A stretch of 64,000 nt of DNA from Oleiphilus sp. (GTDB taxonomy: Bacteria; Pseudomonadota; Gammaproteobacteria; Pseudomonadales; Oleiphilaceae), in the NCBI GenBank assembly GCA_048058835.1, contig JBLLNS010000008.1, positions 56,231 through 120,230 on the forward strand. The letters run 5' to 3'. The notes under the pieces are model-generated. The model saw only the letters and a program-made list of their open reading frames with translations. It was not told where the DNA came from and made no database searches. Position numbers and translations under genes: made by a program. Positions 8,259-15,721 of this stretch are shown piece after piece; position 1 is the first letter of the stretch; each line of letters starts with the position of its first letter.

Positions 8259-9452
8259 TCACTCATCAATAAACTTAGCTGTATAAAAGTCGATCTCGCC
8301 ATTGTTCACCGCGCTGTAGCCGACATACATATTGTCGCCATCAATCGCAATGGCGCCGGTGGTAATCTGAGTACTTGGTGTTTGTTCAGTCGAAGCTATG
8401 AACTTACCGTTTCCGTCATACTTTTCATTAATACCGCCACCGACGGCGTAAATATCGCCCGAATCGCCAATTAAGAAGTCATGTACAATTCCAGAGCTCG
8501 TTACTTGCCATTCTTGTCCACCAATGTCATTAAGCTTAACTAATCGACGTCCACGGTCGTTGGATAAGCTCAACACGATATCACCGCGCCAGTCTGTTTT
8601 AACAAGGGCAGGGCCAGGAAAACCATAACTTTGTCTGGCTGGTGAATAAGTTTTATTCCATTGGATTTGCCCCTGAGAGGAGATGCCAGACACTCTTGTT
8701 GAACGATCATCATGGTTATGTGCTACGACGACAGAGCCATCGAGCTGTAAGGCGATCGACGCTTGAAGTTGTAGATCAGCTTGTAGCTGGGTAGACCATA
8801 CCTGAGTCCCATTTGGCGCATATTTTTGAGCTTGCGTCGCACCGACAATATAGAAATGGCCCGATTGATCGACTTCAATATCCCATGCTTTCTCATGCTC
8901 AACACGGAGTTGACGTTGACCATCTAAATTGAATACTTGTGTTGCAAAGCCAGTGACATAAAGTAGGTCGTTGACTAGTTCGAGGTCACGTGCATCTTCT
9001 TTATCGCTAAGTGTTTGTACCCACTGAACGTCGCCATAGCTGTCTAGTTTCATCATGAATGAGCCATACTCTTGGCCATCACGGACGATGTAGCCAACAC
9101 CCACCACGTAGATATTACCATCAGCGTCAAGCACCATATCCGTGACTTTATCATCACTACGATATTGACCTTGTGCTAAATCATATTCTGTCGCCCATAC
9201 TAGATTCCCATTGGGGTCTTGCTTGATGATTAACACATTTTGTTCGCGGTTTCCCCCAATCAAGACAGTAGATCCACTACTGATGATATCGCCATAAGGG
9301 TCCACGGCAATATTAGATAACCATTCAACGCGCGATTCATCGCCACTGGCTTGGGAGTAATAATGTTCCCATTCAGGTGTGATGTCGGTTTTACAGGCGG
9401 TGAGAGTAAAAAAGGAAAGGACTAAAAGGCATTTAATCAGCTTAGAATTCAT
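8259..9452 (-). CDS. Beta-propeller repeat lipoprotein, function unknown
   Basis: The signal/lipobox is MNSKLIKCLLVLSFFTLTAC. The motif D..GN.Y..G....K.D..G...W recurs 6-7 times (SBBP/PQQ-like propeller blades). The start is trimmed to ATG 9452. Confidence 0.7.
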   Translation of the reverse strand: MNSKLIKCLLVLSFFTLTACKTDITPEWEHYYSQASGDESRVEWLSNIAVDPYGDIISSGSTVLIGGNREQNVLIIKQDPNGNLVWATEYDLAQGQYRSDDKVTDMVLDADGNIYVVGVGYIVRDGQEYGSFMMKLDSYGDVQWVQTLSDKEDARDLELVNDLLYVTGFATQVFNLDGQRQLRVEHEKAWDIEVDQSGHFYIVGATQAQKYAPNGTQVWSTQLQADLQLQASIALQLDGSVVVAHNHDDRSTRVSGISSQGQIQWNKTYSPARQSYGFPGPALVKTDWRGDIVLSLSNDRGRRLVKLNDIGGQEWQVTSSGIVHDFLIGDSGDIYAVGGGINEKYDGNGKFIASTEQTPSTQITTGAIAIDGDNMYVGYSAVNNGEIDFYTAKFIDE

Positions 9453-9638
9453 AAGATCGGTACTACTCCATGTGTGTATATTCAATATGCGCTAAGTTAT
9501 AAATGTTGCTAAAGCAACAAATATAAGGGGATTGTATTTGTTAAAACTAGAATAATCAGACTAAAGATTCTAAAACGAACATTTAGTGATATTTTATCTT
9601 ATGAAATATGAAAATTAGCTAGCTTGCTTGAAGTGATT

Positions 9639-10406
9639 CTATTGAAGAAGACCGTAGTTCGTCATGATAGCTTGGTACTCGGGGGTATGAACAAAGTCAG
9701 ATAAGGCTTGATTAAAACGTTTTGTTAATTCGTCATGGCCCGGTTTTTTTGAAAATGCTAAATAATTTCCGCCAGCACAATAATGTGCACCAGAGAGGAT
9801 CGATACATCGTCAGAAATACCCATTCGCTTAGCGGTGTACAAACCTACTGAGTCGACTTCGATCACAAGATCGAGACGGCCAGCGAGTAATTTTTTGAAG
9901 TTTTGCTCAAGTGACGGGACACGTTCTGCTTTCAGAATAAAGTTTTGCCGGTCCAATTCTTTACAATAGCTGTATCCGAGAATCGCACCCACGCGTTGCT
10001 TTTTTAGATCGGGAAGACCTGTGTACTGAATCTCACTATCTGCTTGTTTGAAGAACACAGTTGTGCCAGTCGAAATAGGGTTGCTCGGGTAATGTAAAAA
10101 ATGAGACCTTTCCTCATTCAAGCTCACGCCGAGAATGCCGTCCGCTTTTTTTTGTTTTACCAAAGCAATGCAACGTTTCCATGGTTTAACTTGAATGTCG
10201 ATATTCAGGTTTAATTTTTTAAAAATTGCCCGTGTGATATCGACATCAGCGCCTGAAACCTCTTCGTTAGTTTGAATAACATATGGGGGCCAAGTGTCAG
10301 TGACGATAGTGAGGGTAGCTTCAGTCGCGAGGCAGTTTAACGCAACTAAGAACTGCGCCAATAAAACAGCTATGGCAAAAAAGCCTCGTGTAAAAGTGAG
10401 ATGCAT
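9639..10406 (-). CDS. Orphan periplasmic solute-binding protein (SBP family 3)
   Basis: It has a signal peptide, a PWKR motif and the overall length and pattern of amino-acid ABC binding proteins. No permease or ATPase gene is nearby. Confidence 0.75.
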   Translation of the reverse strand: MHLTFTRGFFAIAVLLAQFLVALNCLATEATLTIVTDTWPPYVIQTNEEVSGADVDITRAIFKKLNLNIDIQVKPWKRCIALVKQKKADGILGVSLNEERSHFLHYPSNPISTGTTVFFKQADSEIQYTGLPDLKKQRVGAILGYSYCKELDRQNFILKAERVPSLEQNFKKLLAGRLDLVIEVDSVGLYTAKRMGISDDVSILSGAHYCAGGNYLAFSKKPGHDELTKRFNQALSDFVHTPEYQAIMTNYGLLQ

Positions 10407-10651
10407 GTTTAAACCTGTTTAGCTACGGATAATGCAGACGACTGTCTTTAAAGTGTAGCGTTTAATATGCATAGAGATGAAATTTTTGAACAGTTTGCAA
10501 TAAATAACACATTTGTTGCAGCGGCTGAAGTATTGGCTTGAATTCACGCTTCTAGTTTTTATCATGAGTAGACTTAAGGCGATAGAGTCACTTAGGTGCT
10601 TAGTCTGCAAAGCTGGCTGTTTGTAAGCTTACCGAGCATTTTGAAAACCTT

Positions 10652-10720
10652 TATAGGGTGCGCCATGCGCACCGGCGGACTAAGGTGTTATGGAGAAGTT
10701 AAGGTGGTGTGCATGGCACA
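10652..10720. repeat. Palindromic REP doublet (type A); its right arm is interrupted by the IS
   Basis: The left arm is TATAGGGTGCGCCATGCGCACC (10652-10673). The right arm is GGTGTGCATGGCACA (10706-10720) and is completed by ACCCTATA at 12136-12143. A paralogous copy lies at 32452-32526. Confidence 0.75.
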
Positions 10721-11024
10721 TATATGGACCCGCTTTCGGTTGCAAAGGATTCGTTGAATAATATTCGAGGTATTAACTGCTCGCATATATCCGGCCTACT
10801 GTTGAAGGAAAGCAATTTCCTTCGGCCGCAATGGAATTCCGCTCTTCCAGTGTACTCATCACCCTATCGGCTTCTAAGAGCCCGTGCGCCTTGCAGGTGA
10901 CACAGAAGACGGTCTTACCTGTATACCATTCGATGAATCTTTTTTGCAAACTCTTGGTGAGCTAGCTCACCATTAATATCTATCTATACTGTTTTCTAAT
11001 AGTAATTATTTTCCAACATTATTC
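10721..11024 (-). ncRNA. Candidate bridge/seek guide RNA region in the 3' non-coding end of the IS
   Basis: This 304-bp non-coding end contains CACCCTAT (10860-10867, equal to the target flank) and GTGCGCCTTGC (10884-10894, 10/11 to the REP core GTGCGCCATGC). It also contains ATACCATT (10923-10930, equal to the last 8 nt of the IS). The strand and exact ends are not determined. Confidence 0.35.
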
Positions 11025-12050
11025 CTAAGCCGCTTGCTGTACTTCATAGTATGTTTCATTTGTTAAAACTGCCCACACTCGTCGTGCTGTTTTGTTTGCT
11101 TGCGCAACAGCTGCTTTGTTAAAGCCTCGTCGTTTTTGCAAGTCCATTAACCAAAGACTATCTTTATCTTTTTTGGTCGCCGCTACCTTTAAAACCGATC
11201 TTGAGCCATGTATTAGCAATGTTCGAAGATAACTATCTCCTCGCTTACTTATTCCAAGTAACAGCTCGCGACCACCACTGGAGTATTGCCTAGGTACCAG
11301 GCCCAAGTAAGCAGATAACTCTCTTCCACCTTTAAAATTACTAATATCCCCTAAATAACCTACTAATGCTGTCGCTGTGATAACGCTAACCCCTGGCAAA
11401 CTGGCTAGACGCTGGCAAGCTTCATTCTGGTTAAAAAAAGCTTTCAAAGCTTTATCTACAGATTCAATTAAACTATCAATATACAGCAGTTCTTCATATA
11501 AATTATTGAAGTGAGGTTTTACAAACTCACTTAATCGTTTCTCTTCTGTATCTGTCAATATATCTATTAGATTCTTACGAACGTTCCTTATACCAACCGG
11601 CAGGACGATACCGTATTCACTTAACAAACCACGCGCTTGGTTGGATAATGCTGTACGCTGTTTGATCCGCTGAGCTCGTATTCTGTGTAACATCAATATA
11701 TCTTGCTGATCCGTCGTTTTTACGGTGACAAATTTCATATTGGGTCGTGTCACCGCTTCACAAATGCCTTCTGCGTCATTCGCATCATTTTTGTTACCTT
11801 TAATGTAAGGCTTTACAAATTGAGGACTCATCATGCGAACTGTAAATCCAAGCTTACTAAGCTCTCTAGCCCAGTAATGCGCACCACCACACGCCTCTAT
11901 TCCAATCAGGCCAAGCTCTTGTCTTGCAAAAAAAGGGAGCACCTCTTTTCTTTTTAACTTTCTCTTTACAACGACTTCGCCATTCGTATCAACAGCATGT
12001 ACCTGAAAAACATTCTTAGCTAAATCTATTCCATAGGTTATAGTATGCAT
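11025..12050 (-). CDS. IS110-family transposase (DEDD/RuvC-like N-domain plus C-terminal serine-containing Tnp domain)
   Basis: 341 aa. The N-terminus YGIDLAKNVFQVHAV...GIEACGGAHYWAR and the C-terminal block LPGVSVITATALVGYLGDISNFKGGRELSAYLGLVPRQYSSGG are hallmark IS110-family motifs. Confidence 0.9.
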   Translation of the reverse strand: MHTITYGIDLAKNVFQVHAVDTNGEVVVKRKLKRKEVLPFFARQELGLIGIEACGGAHYWARELSKLGFTVRMMSPQFVKPYIKGNKNDANDAEGICEAVTRPNMKFVTVKTTDQQDILMLHRIRAQRIKQRTALSNQARGLLSEYGIVLPVGIRNVRKNLIDILTDTEEKRLSEFVKPHFNNLYEELLYIDSLIESVDKALKAFFNQNEACQRLASLPGVSVITATALVGYLGDISNFKGGRELSAYLGLVPRQYSSGGRELLLGISKRGDSYLRTLLIHGSRSVLKVAATKKDKDSLWLMDLQKRRGFNKAAVAQANKTARRVWAVLTNETYYEVQQAA

Positions 12051-12154
12051 GTGTGGACCCCTTACTGTTTGATGTTTGTGTTGAAACTACATCATGGCTC
12101 ATTAGAAGCCGATTGGTAAGCGGGTCCATACCATTACCCTATAAAAGTAGCGGC

Positions 12155-12268
12155 GGCTTAATTCGGCACAAACGAGCCTATACATTACCTCGGAGAACAC
12201 AGAGGTTCGCCCCTACAAGCAATGGGTCATACATACCTGTAGGGGCAGACCTATGTGTCTGCCCTAAC
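12155..12268. repeat. Composite REP element (type B) with two opposed hairpins
   Basis: It contains CGGAGAACACAGAGGTTCGCCCCTAC (12191-12216) and GTAGGGGCAGACCTATGTGTCTGCCC (12239-12264). By eye about 80% of it matches 32909-33024. Confidence 0.8.
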
Positions 12269-12675
12269 TCCATTGGCACTTTTCCAGCTAAGTATTGCGT
12301 GGTGTTTGTTCTCTCTGATCTAAACGTACGTCATGCTGGCGATGAGAGATTGTTCACGGTTTGGTATTTATTGGTTATTGTTGATTGAGTTTTGATCACT
12401 TATCGAAGATTATTTCATAAGCTTTTTAGAAATAAGTGTTCATCTTTCACTTGGTAGTAGGATGCTAAGGTGACTGAACAATGAAGAATTTGTTTTATAA
12501 AAAGCCTTAAAACTATAAAAACTGAAGAAATAAACAGGTGTGACTCGAAGAGTGACGAATGTTGTTGTTTATTGCTGATTTTTTTGTGTTGTTGTACAAA
12601 TGCAATGATACATCTCTTGGCTCTACAGCATTCTAGTCTCTCACTCACTTGATGGAGCTTACTCAGCCGGAGACT

Positions 12676-13080
12676 ATGATGACAGTATCAGAAAATGTCA
12701 GTGGACAAAAAACAAACAATCAATCGATGACCAGCGTTAATATTGAAGAACATGATGAAAGTTGGGCATTAAAATTAATGAGAGAGTATGACGTAGACGA
12801 AGATCATATTCTGCTAAATGAAGAAAGTACTAGCAAAAGAGATTTTGCTTCAAATCGACCAAAGCATGCCACCTCTGATCATTCAGCTTACTTTTCTTCC
12901 GATCGTCTAGATCAAGCGCCTAGCGAAGAGATAGGTGCTGACATGCTTTCCTTGTCGGCGATAGAAATTCAACGACTTAACCAGGCAAAAAAAATAGCTG
13001 CTCAAGCGGAATTAGCTGACTCTGAAACCTTAAAATCGCGTTTTAGTTTAGCCAAATTCAAACGCCTCTTGAGCGTTTGA
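12676..13080 (+). CDS. Hypothetical acidic protein
   Basis: The open frame has GGAG 4 nt upstream of ATGATG at 12676. I recognise no family. The sequence is low-complexity and acidic. Confidence 0.35.
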   Translation: MMTVSENVSGQKTNNQSMTSVNIEEHDESWALKLMREYDVDEDHILLNEESTSKRDFASNRPKHATSDHSAYFSSDRLDQAPSEEIGADMLSLSAIEIQRLNQAKKIAAQAELADSETLKSRFSLAKFKRLLSV

Positions 13081-13142
13081 TATCATCTTGAGTCGTACTA
13101 TTTTGTTTGGAAATCCAAGTCGCTTGCTGGATAAGCGTTTGT

Positions 13143-14687
13143 TTAGTGATTGGTATCTATTGCTGAGGTGATTTTTTCAGTCGAGATTTTTTTCTTCGTT
13201 CCTCTGGTAGAGACTTTTTTACGTTTAACATGCCTTAAGTCCTGGTCACCATATTGTTTTAGAATTTTATCGAGGGTACCTTCAATTCGGCTGGTGATTC
13301 GAATTCTTTCCATCTGGGACCAGGCGGCGAGTTCTCCTTGTCGCACTAACGCGAGCAATTCTGTTTCATCCAAGGGGCTTAATATTTGCCGTAGATCAAA
13401 TTGTCGGAAGTCAGGGTAGACGTTAATGTTGGCCGTGTATTCCTGATTGAGCACTGAGGCGACAGTATTTACGGCGACATTAAAAAGCGTCCATTTTGGT
13501 GTGTATTTCTGGCTGAGCGTACAGGTCGCCTTGGCTATTTTCTGCGCGCTTTTATGCGTCACCCAGCGAACCCATGCAGGTATTCGGGTGTATTCCCAGC
13601 CATCTTTACTAAACAGGACAATCGGATTAATCAGGCTGGCGACGTAATGATTGACATCATACAAGCGTGCCAAGCGCTTTGCCGGTAAATCATCGCTGAA
13701 GGAGCCATCTATCCAGCGCCGAGTTGGCAAGTAGGGTTGCCGCTCGCCATATTCATTTTTAGCTTCAAGCATCACCGCTGGATAAATGCCAGGTACTGCA
13801 CAAGATGCCAAAACGGCCGTTCTGATGTACACGTTGGGTGAGGTGATGGCATTTAACAAACGCGATGTTTGATGAAGTTCAGCGGGGGCGACTGATATAT
13901 TGATACGCCTTCCGGTGAGTTCATAGGCTTCCTGAAAGGTTAAATCGGGTACAAGCCTGTTTAACACCAGTTCTTCGAAGTCTTTAATGTTGGCGCGTTG
14001 TTTCTTTCCGTATAAGAGTTTTTTTAACCAGCCTGCATTTTCTTTGGCTTCAGCCAAAAGGCGCACAGGTTTAATGAGTTCTTTTAGTTCGGGGTTGGTA
14101 TGAGTACCAAATATCGCGGTAATAACAGAGCCAGCGCTGGCACCTGAAATAACACTGGGTAATAGGTCTTGTTCTAATAAGGACTTAACCACGCCAATAT
14201 GAAAGTGTCCAAGCGCGCCGCCGCCACTGAGCATTAATGCTGTTCGGCCATAACAAATGCTGGCCCGTTTAAAAAAATCGAGCTTTTGCGACAGACTAAT
14301 GGTTTTGTTATCAAGGTTGGCAATGTGTTCTAGAGCACTGACAATTTCTTCGACATATTCTTCTATCAGCTCTTTTGTACCCAATTTCGCATGACTGTAG
14401 AGAATGGATTTTCCCATGCCGCCCATATTGCCGTGAATACCTTCATTTAAAGAAAATAATAAGCTGGTATGGTCTTTATTTTTTCGATGTAAGCGAAGTG
14501 TGTTTAAGCGGTGACGTATTTGTCTGTGATCATATTCGCGCGTTTCTTCTTGGCTTTTCCAATGCGCTGCGCCCGTTAACATATCGTGATCGCTAGCGGC
14601 ATCGCACCATTGGGCGTAGTTGGTCGCCTGATTCATTCGATTTTCGACTGTTTTCAGCATATTGGATGATGCACTGGAAAATAACAC
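13143..14687 (-). CDS. Patatin-like phospholipase with an N-terminal DUF3336-type domain
   Basis: It has the oxyanion motif SGGGALGHFHIGV, the nucleophile elbow GASAGS and a downstream DGS aspartate. The N-terminal W..A...D...G...WK...YD pattern is typical of DUF3336-patatin lipases. Confidence 0.8.
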   Translation of the reverse strand: MLFSSASSNMLKTVENRMNQATNYAQWCDAASDHDMLTGAAHWKSQEETREYDHRQIRHRLNTLRLHRKNKDHTSLLFSLNEGIHGNMGGMGKSILYSHAKLGTKELIEEYVEEIVSALEHIANLDNKTISLSQKLDFFKRASICYGRTALMLSGGGALGHFHIGVVKSLLEQDLLPSVISGASAGSVITAIFGTHTNPELKELIKPVRLLAEAKENAGWLKKLLYGKKQRANIKDFEELVLNRLVPDLTFQEAYELTGRRINISVAPAELHQTSRLLNAITSPNVYIRTAVLASCAVPGIYPAVMLEAKNEYGERQPYLPTRRWIDGSFSDDLPAKRLARLYDVNHYVASLINPIVLFSKDGWEYTRIPAWVRWVTHKSAQKIAKATCTLSQKYTPKWTLFNVAVNTVASVLNQEYTANINVYPDFRQFDLRQILSPLDETELLALVRQGELAAWSQMERIRITSRIEGTLDKILKQYGDQDLRHVKRKKVSTRGTKKKISTEKITSAIDTNH

Positions 14688-15058
14688 GTCAACGCTCCTG
14701 CAAAGTTAATAAAGGTGTTTACTGCATTCTAAGCGATCAAAACGCTGTTTAGATAGTGTTAGAACAAAGGAAGAAAAGTTATGACCCGCGTTCATAACTA
14801 AAGGATAGCAGTATGCGGACAAGAAGTTGCAGTGGTTTTAAACATTTACTCAGTTTTACCGCTTTTTGTGATGATGCGTACATTAAGTAAGCCTGAGTCT
14901 ACCTGGCGAGTGTGTACTATTTTATGCATGCTCTTTCTTTAGCCTTGTTTCTGGAACGCCTTGTTCTATAGCCTTTATTTATTACGCTCGGTTTCTTGTT
15001 TAGAGTGAGAGTCGATTAATCACTTACACAGACCATAAAAATAATTAGGGGAAGAACG

Positions 15059-15721
15059 ATGGAAAATATCACACTTTTTGGTGCGCATGTGTCACCGTAT
15101 GTACGCAAGACTCGTTTAGTTTTGGCATTTAAAGGCTTGGCGTATCAACATATTCCAGTGGTACCGTTTGGTGGTCAGCAGCCAGACGAATTTAAGAAAC
15201 ATAGCCCGCTTGGGAAAATTCCTTTATTGAAAGTAGCTGATCGCTATATTCCTGATTCAAGCATTATCTGCTCTTATCTGGACAAACTGAACCCTGAACC
15301 GGCCTTATTTCCTGCCGATAGTTTTGAAACGACTAGGGCCCATTGGTTCGAAGAATATGCTGATAGCGTAATGGTGAGCTGTATCGGCGGTCATCTTTTT
15401 GCTGAAAAAGTCTTAGCGAGAGCGGTTTTTAAACGAGAACCGATTCAATCTGATATAGACAAAGCCTTGAATGAAGAGTTACCTAACATTTTCGCCTACT
15501 TAAACGCTGAATTAAAAGATGACTATTTAGTCGGCAACTCAATCAGCATGGGGGATATTGCTGTTTGCGGTGTATTCATTGCAATGCATCATTGTCAGGT
15601 ACAATGCGATGAAAAACAGTGGCCGAAGCTGTCTGCTTATATTGACAGAGTGATGGCACTGGATTTCTTTTGCAAAGTGGTTGAAGAAGAAACTATGCTG
15701 CTTAAGGCATTGGCAGCCTAA
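15059..15721 (+). CDS. Glutathione S-transferase
   Basis: 220 aa. The thioredoxin-like N-domain (SPYVRKTRLVLAFKGL...GKIPLL) is followed by a helical C-domain. Confidence 0.8.
   Translation: MENITLFGAHVSPYVRKTRLVLAFKGLAYQHIPVVPFGGQQPDEFKKHSPLGKIPLLKVADRYIPDSSIICSYLDKLNPEPALFPADSFETTRAHWFEEYADSVMVSCIGGHLFAEKVLARAVFKREPIQSDIDKALNEELPNIFAYLNAELKDDYLVGNSISMGDIAVCGVFIAMHHCQVQCDEKQWPKLSAYIDRVMALDFFCKVVEEETMLLKALAA

Larger units (their letters stand above)
10721..12135 (-). mobile_element. Complete IS110-family (IS1111-like) insertion sequence, about 1415 bp, boundaries +/-2 bp
   Basis: Boundaries were deduced by rebuilding the REP arm from the two flanks. There is a 13-bp subterminal inverted repeat TATGGACCCGCTT (10723-10735 and 12118-12130). 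The single transposase ORF has 85 bp of non-coding DNA upstream and 304 bp downstream. Confidence 0.8.

Noticed and set aside
12053-12388. 111-aa ORF, plus ORFs 10709..10900 and 32914..33096
   Set aside because: They run through REP hairpins or the IS non-coding end (peptides such as VGADLCVCP and RGRPMCLPS are translated palindromes). Repeat-derived open frames are not credible genes.
13143-14687. Patatin-like phospholipase as a possible CBASS-type or other phage-defence effector
   Set aside because: There is no cyclase, sensor, Cap or other defence partner nearby. The N-terminal DUF3336-type domain and the roughly 510-aa architecture match housekeeping lipase-type patatins. The convergent neighbour is an unrelated acidic ORF.
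14778-14800. Inverted repeat GTTATGA-CCCGCGT-TCATAAC in the patatin/GST intergenic region
   Set aside because: The 7-bp arms occur only once, and there is no linked regulator gene or second site. It could be chance or a weak hairpin.
15034-15058. Shared leader CATAAAAATAATTA-(G/A)GG-AAG-(A/T)-AACG upstream of the GST (15059) and of the hydrolase (46843-46870)
   Set aside because: It is a 14-nt AT-rich identity plus an RBS. Several 14-mer coincidences are expected by chance in 64 kb of AT-rich DNA, and most of the remaining similarity is the Shine-Dalgarno region. It is worth a genome-wide motif count but not supportable as a regulatory element from this window.
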